Of a stretch of 64,000 bases of DNA, positions 35,062 through 47,460 are shown in pieces. Position 1 is the first letter of the stretch, and every line of letters begins with the position of its first letter. This stretch comes from Mobula hypostoma (Eukaryota), in assembly GCF_963921235.1 (NCBI RefSeq), contig NC_086101.1:22134001-22198000 (forward strand), read 5' to 3'. The position numbers and the translations under genes were made by a program. The notes beneath the pieces are model-generated. The model did not search any database and was not told the DNA's origin. It saw nothing but the letters and a program-made list of their open reading frames with translations.

Positions 35062-38000
35062 AATAATGAGAATAAGGGATAGGCCATTTAGAACGGAGTT
35101 GAGGAAAAGCTTTTTCACCCAGAGAGTTGTGGATCTGTGGAATGCTCTGCCTCAGAAGGCAGTGGAGGCCAATTCTCTGGATGCTTTCAAGAAAGAGCTG
35201 GATAGAGCTCCTAATGACAGTGAAGTCTGGCGTTGTTGTGCAGGAGAGAAGGAGGGTGAAGAGAAATGCGGTAGTCGTGGGGGATTCCATAGTCAGGGGA
35301 ACGGACAGGAGATTCTGTGAGCCTGACAGAGGTACCCGCATGGTGTGTTGCCTCCCAGGTGCCAGGGTACGGGATGTCTCGGATCGGGTCCTGAATATTC
35401 TAAAGGGGGAGGATGAGCAGCCAGTTGTCTTGGTACATGTTGGTACCAATGACATAGATAGGACAAAGGAGGAGGTCCTGAAGAGAGATTTCCAGGAGTG
35501 AGGAAGGAAGCTGAGAAGCAGGACCTCCAGGGTAGTAATCGCGGGATTCCTACCTGTGCCACGTGCTAGCGAGGGCAAGAGGAGTCGGATCAGGCAGATG
35601 AATGCCTGGCTGAGAGACTGGTGCAGGGGGCAGGGCTTCAGATTCTTGGATAATTGGGATCTCTTCTGGGGGAAGTATGACCTGTTCAAAAAGGACAGGT
35701 TACACCTGAACCCGAAGGGGACCAATATCCTGGCGGGAAAGTTTAATAGAGCTGTTAGGGAGGGTTTAAACTAATTTGGCAGGGGGACGGGAACCGGAAT
35801 GATAGAGCGGAGGAAGGGGAAAACAGAAATAAATCTAAGATAGTGAGCAGTAAAGATGTCAGGAAAGACAAGCAGGTGATGGGGCAAATGTGTAGCCATT
35901 GGGATGAGTTGCCGTGCAATAAAGTTGCAGTGAAATCAAAGCAAAAAGTATCAAATACTGGTCTTAAGGTGTTGTACTTAAATGCCCGCAGCATAAGGAA
36001 TAAGGTGGATGATCTTGTTGTACAGCTACAGATTGGCAGGTATGATATTGTGGCCATCACTGAGACCTGGCTAAAGGACACATGTCTCTGGGAGCTGAAT
36101 GTCCAAGGATACACGGTGTATTGGAAGAATAGGAAGGTAGGCAGAGGGGGAGGCGTGGCTTTATTGGTAAGAAATGATATTAAATCATTAGAAAGAGGTG
36201 ATATAGGATCGGAAGGTGCAGAATCTTTATGGGTTGAGCTAAGGAATAGCAGGGGTAAAAGGACCCTGATGGCAGTTATTTATAGGCCTCCAAACAGCTG
36301 CAGGGATGTGGACTACAAATTACAACTGGAAATAGAAAAGGCTTGTCAGAAGGGCAGTGTTATGATAATTGTGGGGGATTTTAACATGCGAGTAGATTGG
36401 AAAAATCAGGTCGGCACTGGATCTCGAGAGAGAATTTGTAGAATGTCTGCGAGATGGCTTTTTAGAACAGCTTGTTGTTGAGCCCACTAGGGGATTGGCT
36501 GTACTGGATTGGGTATTGTGTAATGAACCGGAGGTGATTGGAGAGATTGAGGTGAAGGAACCCTTCCCCTTAGGAGGCAGTGATCATAACATGATTGAGT
36601 TCACTGTGAAATTAGAAAAAGAGAAGCCGAAATCTGATGTGTCGGTGTTTCAGTGGAGTAAAGGAAACTACAGTGGCATGAGAGAGGAACTGGCCAAAGT
36701 TGACTGGAAAGAGAGCACTGGTGGGAAAGACGGCAGAGCAGCAGTGGCTGGAGTTTATGCGAGAAATGAGGAATGTGCAAGACAGCTATATTCCAAAAAA
36801 GAAGAAATTTTCGAGTGGAAAAAGGATGCAACCGTGGTTGACATGAGAAGTCAAAGCCAAAGTTAAAGCTAAGGAGAGGGCATACAAGGAAGCAAAAATT
36901 AGTGGGAAGACAGAGGATTGGGAAGTCTTTAAAACCTTACAAAAGGAAACCAAGAAAGTCATTAAGAGAGAAAAGATTAACTATGAAAGGAAACTAGCAA
37001 ATAATATCAAAGAGGATACTAAAAGCTTTTTCAAGTATATAAAGAGTAAAAGGCAGGTGAGAGTAGATATAGGACCGATAGAAAATGATACGGGAGAAAT
37101 TGTAATGGGAGATGAGGAGATGGCAGAGGAACTGAACAAGTATTTTGCATCAGTCTTCACTGAGGAAGACAGCAGGATACCGGACACTCAAGGGTGGCAG
37201 GGAAGAGAAGTGTGCGCAGTCAAAATTACGACAGAGAAAGTACTCAGGAAGCTGAATAGGCTGAAGGTCGATAAGTCTCCTGGACCAGATGGAATGCACC
37301 CTCGTGTTCTGAAGGAAGTAGCTGTGGAGATTGCGGAGGCATTAGCGATGATCTTTCAAAAGTCGATAGATTCTGGCATGGTTCCGGAAGACTGGAAGAT
37401 TGCAAATGTCACTCCGCTATTTAAGAAGGGGGCAAGGAAGCAAAAAGGAAATTATAGACCTGTTAGCTTGACGTCGGTGGTTGGGAAGTTGTTGGAGTCG
37501 ATTGTCAAGGATGAGATTACAGAGTACCTGGAGGCATATGACAAGATAGGCAGAACTCAGCATGGATTCCTTAAAGGAAAATCCTGCCTGACAAACCTAT
37601 TACAATTTTTTGAGGAAATTACCAGTAGGCTAGACAAGGGTGATGCAGTGGATGTTGTATATTTGGATTTTCAGAAGGCCTTTGACAAGGTGCCACACAT
37701 GAGGCTGCTTAACAAGATGAGAGCCCATGGAATTACAGGAAAGTTACATACATGGATAGAGCGTTGGCTGATTGGCAGGAAACAGAAAGTGGGAATATAG
37801 GGATCCTATTCTGGTTGGCTGCCAGTTACCAGTGGTGTTCCACAGGGATCAGTGTTGGGGCCGCTTCTTTTTACATTGTACATCAACGATTTGGATTATG
37901 GAATAGATGGCTTTGTGGCTAAGTTTGCTGATGATGCGAAGATAGGTGGAGGGGCCGGTAGTGCTGAGGAAACGGAGAGTCTGCAGAGAGACTTGGATAG

Positions 38001-38985
38001 ATTGGAAGAATGGGCAGAGAAGTGGCAAATGAAGTACAATGTTGGAAAGTGTATGGTTATGCACTTTGGCAGAAAAAATAAACGGGCAGACTATTATTTA
38101 AATGGGGAAAGAATTCAAAGTTCTGAGATGCAACGGGACTTGGGAGTCCTCGTACAGGATTCCCTTAAAGTTAACCTCTAGGTTGAGTCGGTAGTGAAGA
38201 AGGCAAATGCAATGTTGGCATTCATTTCTAGAGGAATAGAGTATAGGAGCAGGGATGTGATGTTGAGGCTCTATAAGGCACTGGTGAGACCTCACTTGGA
38301 GTACTGTGGGCAGTTTTGGTCTCCTTATTTAAGAAAGGATGTGCCGACGTTGGAGAGGGTACAGAGAAGATTCACTAGAATGATTCCGGGAATGAGAGGG
38401 TTAACATATGAGGAACGTTTGTCCGCTCTTGGACTGTATTCCTTGGAGTTTAGAAGAATGAGGGGAGACCTCATAGAAACATTTCGAATGTTAAAAGGCA
38501 TGGACAGAGTGGATGTGGCAAAGTTGTTTCCCATGATGGGGGAGTCTAGTACGAGAGGGCATGACTTCAGGATTGAAGGGCGCCCATTCAGAACAGAAAT
38601 GCGAAAAAAAATTTTTAGTCAGAGGGTGGTGAATCTATGGAATTTGTTGCCACGGGCAGCAGTGGAGGCCAAGCCATTGGGTGTATTTAAGGCAGAGATT
38701 GATAGGTATCTGAGTAGCCAGGGCATCAAAGGTTATGGTGAGAAGGCGGGGAAGTGGGACTAAATAGGATAAAATGGATCAGCTCATGATAAAATGGCGG
38801 AGCAGACTTGATGGGCCGAATGTACTACTTCTGCTCCTTTGTCTTATGGTCTACGCCAAGGGATATGGGGAGACTGCAGGCACGGGGTACTGATTGTGAA
38901 TGATCAGCCATGATCACAGTGAATGGCGGTGCTGGCTCGAAGGGCTGAATGGCCTACTCCTGCACCTATTGTCTATTGTCTGTTG
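35062..38985 (+). mobile_element. Outer CR1 3' fragment split by a longer CR1
   Basis: gacagtgaagtc (35222) rejoins aagggatatgggg (about 38838); the intact junction is seen in the copy at 49790-49830 (minus strand). Confidence 0.7.
35223..38832 (+). mobile_element. Long CR1 LINE with ORF1 SGNH esterase remnant and ORF2 (APE + RT), several frameshifts and stops
   Basis: VVGDSIVR, VHVGTND, DRLHLN; LYLNARSIRNK, ITETW, GDFN, SDHN; DFQKAFDKV, KFADD. Confidence 0.92.
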
Positions 38986-39037
38986 TCTCTGCCTCGCTGT
39001 TCCATGTTTGGTTAACCAGACTTGTGTTTAATTGCAG

Positions 39038-39154
39038 GCCCTTCCGCTGATGACATTCCGATGATTGTTCTGTCGATCTCAGCCCTGGTGTTTTCTTCAG
39101 TTTATCTTATTGCAGTTTTTCCTCTGAACATCTGGAAGTGTAAATCAAACAGAG
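39038..39154 (+). CDS. TM1 exon: GPSADDIPMIVLSISALVFSSVYLIAVFPLNIWKCKSNR
   Basis: gtttaattgcag acceptor; AGAG|GTATTC donor; phase 1-1; about 23-aa hydrophobic run followed by basic residues. Confidence 0.8.
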
Positions 39155-39440
39155 GTATTCCATTTTTGTCCAGTTTACACTTTAACATAAATGTGCAGGC
39201 ATTGCTTGCAAATCTTTACTAATATTAGTAACAACAGGCAGAGAGGCGAATGCTTGCAGGCTTTTTCCACTCAGATTGGTTGTGACTCGGAGGTCACAGG
39301 TTTAGAGTGAAAGATAAAATATTCAAGGGGAAGCTGAAGGGGAGCTTCTTTGCTCTGAGGGTGGTACGAGGGTGAACAAGCTGCCAGCAGAAGTGGTAGA
39401 TGTGAGTCCAATTGCAACCTTTAAGAGAATGTTAATGGGG

Positions 39441-39705
39441 TGGCACGATCGCGTAGTGGTTAGCACAATGCTTTACAGTACAGGTAACCTGGGTTCAGTT
39501 CCCACTGTTGCCTGTAAGAAGTTTGTGTGTTCTCCCTGTGAACACGTGGGTTTCCTCCGGGTGCTCTGGTTTCCTCCCAGATTCCACAGGCATACTGGTT
39601 AGTAGGTTAATTGGTCATTGTAAATTATCCCGTGTTTAAGCTAGGGTTAAATTGTGGGTTGCTGGGCGAGGCGGTTTGAAGGGCTGGAAGGTCGGTGCTG
39701 TATCA
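39441..39705 (+). mobile_element. tRNA-derived SINE (HE1-like)
   Basis: A-box-like gcgtagtggttagc, B-box-like ggttcagttcc, core gtgggtttcctccgggtgctctggtttcctccc. Confidence 0.7.
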
Positions 39706-41464
39706 CATTCTCGCGATCGATCCGATACAGTTCATCATTCTCCAACCCTCCGCCCCCCCCCCACCCTATAGACGGGAACCACAGAGTAAAGGAACAAGTG
39801 AGGGGTAAACTCAGAAAGCTAGTGAGTCCTGCTTGGTACCAATCAGCCAGCAGCATTCACACTTACCACATTCTTGCCATCAATCCAGTATGCTTCAAAA
39901 TGGATGGACCAAAGAGCATCACATTACAGAAACAGGCCTGATGGTTCCAAAACGTGACTTAACAACTACTCTATATTACAGTTCCTGTGAACTCTGACAT
40001 GCAACGTCTTTCAGACGCCAAGCACCATCTGGATGATGCTTCTCACCCTCTTACCCCTTGCCCTAAACTTAAGCTGTCCAATGTCTCCCACTATTTACAC
40101 TCCTCCTCATTTGCACATCTTGAATCTGGCTTCCTCCTTGTCCTCCTCCGCTCCAAGGAGAATGAAACACTCCATGCCCTGTTAATGTGGAATGCTGCAA
40201 GTCCGTTTCACTAACTTATTGGCGGACGGTAGAGGAGCTGCGTGGCGTCAGTCGTAGCGAGGACTAGGCCTTAAGCTGCAGTGTCGCTGTTTGCAGCTGC
40301 ACAGGTGAAAGGCGTCAGTTGGTGCGCTCCACTGGGGGCAGTGTGGCGCGGCGTCCAAGCAGGAGTCAGCGCTACCCACGCTTCCCCTCTTCCCCCCTCC
40401 ACCCCGCCCAAGTGTTCAGTCGGGGGTAGACAAGGCGTATTGTGTTCGACTGCAGATTTCTGCAATATTCATGGACTCAGGGTCTTGGAATATACATATT
40501 TTTGTGTGACTGTATTTTATTTGTATCTTATATTTGCTTGCTGCCTTCTATGTGCTTTGTGCTGTGTGTGACTGTTGGTACTGTGTCTTGCACCTTAGCC
40601 ACGATGTAATGCTGTTTTGTTGCACAACACAGCATAGGCCCTTCAGCCTGCAATGTTGTGCCACCCTACCCCATGGTCGATCTAACCCTGTTACTCCGAC
40701 ACATCCCATAACTCTCCGTTTTTCTATCACACATTTGCCTATCTAAGAGTCTCTGGTGTCCCTAATATATCAGCCCCAACCACCACCCCTGGCTGCAGAT
40801 TCTAGGCTCCCACCATAGGTCCTCTGTTGGTTGGGGTTGACCAGGGAAGTTGCATCCCGGCTTTCTACGTGATATGCAAACCAGGGCAGTATGACAGGCT
40901 CCCCTTCTCCACGCTGCTGATGAATCTAAAGGAACTGCAGAGGCCATTACAGTTTGGCACCAGCAGCGCCGCAGAAGTTGCCAGTCAGCATTGAACTCAA
41001 CGTAAGTCTTCCCTATGAGTGGGAGTAGCCGCAAGGCAGCGGAGGCTGGAGATCTGAGTCTTCCTTCTCCCAAATGAGCTGCCAACCACAGCTGCTGAGC
41101 TCCATTTGCCCCAAGGTACCCACCACTGTCTGTGTAAGCAAAACCATTATCTCACCTTACAAGGCTAATATAGAAATATTTCCACATAGCAGGTGTGTAA
41201 AATTAAAGGAGATAAATTTTGAGTGAAGGGTAAGAGGTTTAAAAGTGATTTGAGCAAGAATATTTTTTCAAAGCAAGAAGTCCCTCTGTCTCATTGACTA
41301 TCTTATCTACCTGAGTGACCAATTTCAAAGATCCTGGCCTTCTGCACCAAGCTTTATTCTTTCTGTTCCTTATTAGGTTCAGTATGTACTTTATCACTTC
41401 AGGCATATGTTGACCCATTTGTGTGACTTTTGCAGCTTTGATACTTGTGTCCTTTTCTCCATAG

Positions 41465-41566
41465 AATTACCAAAGTACAAATGGTGGAAGTATGTCCTGT
41501 ATCTATGTAACATCCTGCAACTTCCTGTCATCCTCGCTGCGTTCAGTTGCTCGATTCATTTTAAAG
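41465..41566 (+). CDS. TM2 exon: LPKYKWWKYVLYLCNILQLPVILAAFSCSIHFK
   Basis: ccttttctccatag acceptor; AAAG|GTTTGT donor; phase 1-1; basic loop then hydrophobic helix. Confidence 0.8.
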
Positions 41567-41680
41567 GTTTGTGCACAGATGTTACTCACTTCCATAAGAG
41601 TGACCAACTTCCAAACCTCGGGGGGGGTTTGGAACGGACAAGTACCTTGTTCAGTGCATTTCTGTACAGTGCTTCCTTAG

Positions 41681-41755
41681 GACCACCAGCACCTGCAGCC
41701 CTCGGTCCCACAGCCGAGGGAAGAGAAACTGCTGGAGGTTTCGGCTTCAATAACG
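41681..41755 (+). CDS. Possible optional extracellular-loop exon: PPAPAALGPTAEGRETAGGFGFNN
   Basis: gcttccttag acceptor; weak AACG|GTGAAC donor; phase 1-1, so it can be skipped in frame. Confidence 0.4.
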
Positions 41756-42069
41756 GTGAACAATGCTACACCGCGGCTTGCCAGTAGACTATCAAGGTCA
41801 CATGTTGCTTGTAAATATCGGAATTGTTAGTTTTATTAAGCTGTACCACATGTATTGTAAATATCTGTTTTGCACAGACTGCAGTAGCCTCACAATCTCG
41901 TTGTCTAGCAATAGCAATCAAGTTCTATTCTGTTTTAATGAGCCACTGGCCACACTTAGTGTGGTTGAGCTTAATATCGATAGGTATACTGATAGGCACA
42001 TTGGGGATCTGAACTCCCAGATGGCATTCAATAAAATCCTTATGTTGAAACTCGTTGAGTTGACAGTTT

Positions 42070-42900
42070 GTTGCTATTGACATGGGCAGACAATTGACTC
42101 GGGGTAGAAGTGTAGAGTTATTTGCAGGGGGAGGGGGTTAGCAGGTTTGCAGATGATACAGAGGTTGGTGATTTTGTGGATAGCTTTGAAAAATGGCAAA
42201 GGACATAGATTGTTTGCAGGGGGAAGGGGTTAGCAGGTTTGCAAATGATACAAAGATTGGTGACGTTGCAGTTAGTGTAGAATACTAGAAAAGAACAGAG
42301 ATCACTTGCAGAAATGACAGGTGGCGCTTAATCTGGCCAAACGTGAAGCTTTGCACTTTGGCAGACGACATGTAAAAAGTCAGTGCACTGTTAATGGCAG
42401 GACCCTTAAATGTATTGATGTACAGAGACAACCTGTGGTCCAAGTCTGTAGGTGAAAGTGGCCTCAAGTTGATAGGATGTTAAAGAACGCATATAACATG
42501 CTTATTATCTTTATCAGTTGTGGAACTGATTTCAAGAATTGGGAAGTCATGTTGCGACTTTATTAAACTGTAGCTAGGTTACGTGTGGAGTACTGCATTT
42601 AATTCTAGTTGTCCCATTGCAAAAAAAGAATGCAGAAGCTTTGGAGAGGGTGCAGAAGAGGTTCACCAGGATGCTGCCTCAAATAGAGGGCACATGCCAT
42701 GAGGGGAGTGTGGACAAAAATGTGTTGTTTTCTCTGGAGAGGTTGAGGTTGAGGCTGAGGGGAGACCTGAGAGTTTATAAGGTTATGAGAGGCACGGGTA
42801 CGTATCTGGTATCTTTTTCTTCGGGTTGTAATGTATAATACCAGAGGGCGTGCATCTAAGGTGAGAAATGAGGCATGATCACACCAAGGAACTCTGAGAC
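42070..42900 (+). mobile_element. Heavily decayed CR1 3' region
   Basis: ALERVQKRFTRMLP...LFSLERLRLRLRGDL. Confidence 0.65.
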
Positions 42901-42994
42901 TGCCTACCCATGGGAACAGCGGAGGTTGCATTAGGGTGCTCGCTATCACCCTGTTGGGGGTAAACAGGTGAGCCACAAATGAGCACACGCAACG

Positions 42995-43210
42995 CACTCA
43001 AAATTCTGGAAGTTCGGCAGCATCTGTGGAGGGGAGGGGAATAAAACAGTTGACTTTTCGGTCCAGGACTCTTCATTAGGATTCGTTAGATCTGGATGAA
43101 GAGTCTCGACCTGAAACGTTGACTGTTTATTGTCTTCCTTGGATGCTGCCTGGCTTGCTGAGTTTCTCCAGCATTTTGTGTCTGTTTCTCAAGATTTTCA
43201 GCGACTGCAG
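42995..43210. mobile_element. Inverted pair of Penelope pLTR fragments with degenerate hammerhead motifs
   Basis: Minus motif 43047-43082 followed by plus motif 43092-43125 (gagtctcgacct-GAAAC-GTT-GACTG). Confidence 0.6.
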
Positions 43211-43632
43211 AATCTCTTTTGCTTATGGACAGCAATGAAGCCTTTCTGGTGCTGCTCACGATGGAGCTAGAAGAAATCTGTGGATTGGTCACCGTCTCTC
43301 TGAGGGAAATGGCCACTTCAAGTTTTGGATCGAGACCCTTGATCAGGATTGGAAACAAGAGTGGAGATGCCCATTATAAAAAGATGAGGGGAAAGGGGTG
43401 AAGTAAGAGCTGGCAGGTAATAGGTCAATCCAGGTGAAGCTGGGGGGGTTGGGATGGGGGAGTCATACGAAGATGAGGTAGGGAGAGGAGAGACTGGGCC
43501 TTTCCAGTCTCACCTACATCAGTGGAACTAATATCTAACTACTCTTGGGAAATGGGATTATGCTATCTTGTTGGCTTAATTTCTCAAATTCTGCATAAAT
43601 TGCTAACCCTTACTGTTTGGTGTTTGCTCTAG

Positions 43633-43752
43633 ATTCTTGTTTACTAAATGTGGCTACAGCATGCATTGCAGTTCTATTGTTTACTTTGCCTGTACCATTT
43701 ATCACTCAAGTACCTAAATGCCGGCGAATTCGCAGATTCAGCACCAGTATCG
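43633..43752 (+). CDS. TM3 exon: SCLLNVATACIAVLLFTLPVPFITQVPKCRRIRRFSTSI
   Basis: Branch-like CTAAC at about 43604, tgtttgctctag acceptor, ATCG|GTGAGA donor; phase 1-1; hydrophobic helix then an Arg-rich loop. Confidence 0.8.
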
Positions 43753-43839
43753 GTGAGAAACAGCTCATCAGTTTTATATCAGTTTTACAGTCGTAGTGAT
43801 ATCCAACTCTCTTATCATCATGTCCTCTGTCTCTGACAG

Positions 43840-43923
43840 TTATTTCAGTTACTCAGCTTGCACTGCACGTCATCGTGGTTGGCACCTCAATTGCTTTCTT
43901 CATCAAAGACATCCATCAGGAAA
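43840..43923 (+). CDS. TM4 exon: ISVTQLALHVIVVGTSIAFFIKDIHQE
   Basis: tcctctgtctctgacag acceptor after an 87-bp intron; GAAA|GTGAGT donor; phase 1-1. Confidence 0.8.
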
Positions 43924-44111
43924 GTGAGTTGTCTATTTCTCCATACTGTTCATGATCTAGCAGATGCAGTCACTCAAAGACTATTAGCATAAATCCCTGC
44001 GTGGCCTGGCCTGAAGGCTGACAGGTTGATATAAAGTGTGAGGTGCAGTTTATGTAACATAGTATAATGTTACTGGCACTGTTATAATAACACAGTGAAC
44101 ACAGTAACGCA

Positions 44112-44648
44112 GTCCCCTAATCTGAGGAAAGACATCCTTGCCATAGAGGGAGTACAAAGAAGGTTCACCAGATTGATTCCTGGGATGGCAGGACTTTCAT
44201 ATGAAGAAAGACTGGATGAACTAGGCTTGTACTCGTTGGAATTTAGAAGATTGAGGGGGGATCTGATTGAAACGTATAAAATCCTAAAGGGATTGGACAG
44301 GCTAGATGCAGGAAGATTGTTCCTGATGTTGGGGAAGTCCAGAACGAGGGGTCACAGTTTGAGGATAAAGGGGAAGCCTTTTAGGACTGAGATTAGGAAA
44401 AACTTCTTCACACAGAGAGTGGTGAATCTGTGGAATTCTCTGCCACAGGAAACAGTTGAGGCCAGTTCATTGGCTATATTTAAGAGAGAGTTAAGATATG
44501 GCCCTTGTGGCTAGGGGGATCAGGGGGTATGGAGGGAAGGCTGGTGCAAGGTTCTGAGTTGGATGATCAGCCATGATCATACTGAATGGTGGTGCAGGCT
44601 CGAAGGGCCGAATGGCCTACTCCTGCACCTATTTTCTATGTTTCTATA
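44112..44648 (+). mobile_element. Young CR1 3' fragment
   Basis: Nearly the reverse complement of 47461-48010; RRFTRLIPGMAGLSYEERL. Confidence 0.9.
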
Positions 44649-46199
44649 TAAATATGTGAAACAGCAGCAATAAAAGATGAAAAGTGCCAGTGCAGGACAA
44701 GAGTGTGTCTGTGAGTCACAGCAATTAGAGTTGTGTGTGTAAGGTCAGGAAGGTTTCTCTTTTAGATTGGTTCATCGCGAGATGAGTAACTGCTGCGTGC
44801 TTGTTCTTGCAGAAACGTGGCTTCAGGACAACATCCCACACTTTCAGACCACTCAGCGACTTATGCTTATAGTATTTTGTGACTGTATGTGCTGGATCAT
44901 AACTCTTATGTACTGTGTGTGACTCTGTGTAATGTGTTTGTTCACCTTGGCCCCGGAAGAACGATGTTTTGTGTATGGTTGAATGACAATTATACTTGAA
45001 CAACTTCTATCTGCCATTGCTTGAGTGCACAGCAGTTAGTTGTGTCACAACCTGTGATACACTTGGACATTGAAATACCCCACACAGAGTGCATTCCTCC
45101 TCTGTTCATCTCAGTGCTTCGTCCAAGGGACGGGTTCACTGTTCGGGAGAGGCCTGATTAATGAGTCTGCGGAGCGTAGAAGATGGTATTGAGGAGGTTT
45201 TGTTCATTTGAAATCAGAACTACGGTCATTATTTCATGAACTGATCCCACTATGTTACTTGTCAATGGACAAGGTGACATTAGATTTTGGATGTGCCCTG
45301 TGAGTCCAACTGTTGCTTAACCACTTTGTTATGTCCATAAGACCATAAGACATAGGAGCAGAATTAGGCCATTTGGCCCATCAAGTCTGCTTCGCCATTC
45401 AATCACAGCTGGTCCTTTATTCCCTTCCTCAGCCCCACTCCCTGACCTTCTCCCTGTAACGTTTGATGCTGTGTCCAATCAAGAACCTATCAATCTCTGC
45501 CTTAAACACACACAGCAGCCTGGCCTTCACAGCTGCCTGCGGCAACAAATTCCACAAGTCCACCAGCTGCTGGTGAGGAGACCTTTACCAAAAGGCATAG
45601 GAGCAAATTAGGCCATTTGGCCCTTCGAGTCTGCTCCACCATTCCATCGTGGCTGATTTATTATCCCTCTCAACCCCATTCTTCTGCCTTCTCCCCACAA
45701 TCTTTGACGCCTTGACTAATTAAGGACATCAACATCCGCTTAAAATACACCCAAATACACTCTCTGAATGCACAACATGTCAAACCTTGAAGTGGATGGG
45801 CTACCGCCCTGAATGTCAGGCGGTACCTAATAAAAATGGCCACTGAGTGTATAAAATGAGGGGGTGTTTGCCAACAAATTAACAAATGGAGTTCTAGGGA
45901 GTTGTCGTTCTATAGAGCAGGAAGTTCCAGATTTTGTGAATGAGTTTAATTGCTGAACAAAATAATTAAACATTATTCAGAATAATCTCTGAATGATCGC
46001 CCAAACTGAACACTATAAATTGGATATAAACAGGTGTCAAGGGAATTTGTATGTGGCTGAGGTGTTGATATAAGAATCTGACGTTCCATTTTTTAGTTGG
46101 AAAGGATGCAGGCATCCGTTTTGGCAGGGCTGGTAGCAATGAAGTGAACCTCCATTTGAGATGAGATGGGACTCCTGTCATAACAGAAACATCTCATAG

Positions 46200-46960
46200 G
46201 CTTCTCATGACGCCTTGGATCACCTGGACAATACTAATATTTATGTCAGGTTGATGCTAGTAGACTACAGCTCAGTGTTTAACACAGTCATTCCTACAGT
46301 TCTTCTCAAAAAGCTCCAAAACCTGGACCTCTTTACCTCCCTCTGCAACTGGATCCTTGACTTTCTCACCGGAAGACCATGGCCTGTGCAGATCGGAAAT
46401 AGCATCTCCACCTCACTGATAATCAACACTGGCGCACCTCAAGGTTGTGTGCTTAGCCCACTACTCTACTCACTCTCTAAACCCATGACTGTGTGGTTAG
46501 ACACAGCTCAAATGCCATCTATAGATTTGCTAATGGCACAAATATTATTGGCAGAATTTCAAATGGTTACAAGAGGGCGTACAGGAGTGAGATAGATCAG
46601 CTGTTTGATCCATCAACAACCTTGCACTCAACGTCAATGACACCAAAGAATTGATTGTAGACTTCAGAAAAGGAAAGACATGAGAACACACACCAGTCCT
46701 CACAGAGGGATCAGAAATGGAGAGAGTGAGCAATTTTAAGTTCCTGGGTGCCAAAATCTCTGAGGATCTATCCTGGGCCCAGCATATCATTGCAGTTACA
46801 AAGAGGGTATGATAGCTGCTATATTTCATTTACAGTTTGAGGGGATTTGGTATGTCACCAAAGACATTCGCAGATTTCTATAGATGTACCGTGGAGAGCA
46901 TTCTAACTGGCTGTATCACTGTTTGGAATGGGATGGGGGATACTGTCCTGGATCAGAATA
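46200..46960 (+). mobile_element. Decayed Rex1/Babar RT fragment
   Basis: [11 protein letters not shown]...[16 protein letters not shown]. Confidence 0.8.
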
Positions 46961-47460
46961 AGCTGCAGTTGTGGGTGTAGAGAGAATAGAGCTGTGGGCT
47001 AAGCATGCATCGTTCAGTGTTGGTTGTTATTTTGGATCTAAAATGACCGGTCTCCCAATGAGGAAGTCAAGAATCCATTTTGCAGGAGGAGGCCCAGGTT
47101 TCAAAGCTCTTTCATTATTACTGAGGGGACGATGGTTTTGAGCACTAAGCTGTAATCAGTAAACGGCAGTCAGACGTTTGAGTGGAGGCAGAAGGCAGTC
47201 TGTCTTTCCCAGATTATGTAGCGATTGTGGGGGGTGGGAGAGGGCAGAAGAGGGAGATAGAACATAGAATAGTACAGCACAGTACAGGCCCTTCGGCCCA
47301 CAATGTTGTGCCAACCCTCAAACCCTGCCTCCCATATAAGCCCCCAACTTAAATTCCTCCATATATCTGTCCAGTAGTCTCTTAAACTTCGCTAGTGTAT
47401 CTGCCTCCTCCTATAGAGCTGCATTATTACATCGTGACTCTTAAACTCTATCCCTCGACT

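Noticed and set aside
35127-35774. GDSL/SGNH esterase as a cellular enzyme
   Set aside because: Lies directly upstream of CR1 ORF2 and is the known CR1 ORF1 esterase domain; interrupted by a stop.
43660-43752. Shorter TM3 exon using the ctacAG acceptor
   Set aside because: The upstream AG at 43632 has a branch point and pyrimidine tract and gives a full-length helix; the shorter form remains a possible minor variant.
45115-45185. Exon candidate after a strong acceptor (ttcctcctctgttcatctcag)
   Set aside because: In the phase required after TM4 it stops after 15 codons (MLRPRDGFTVRERPD*). At most a minor truncated 4-TM isoform; no support.
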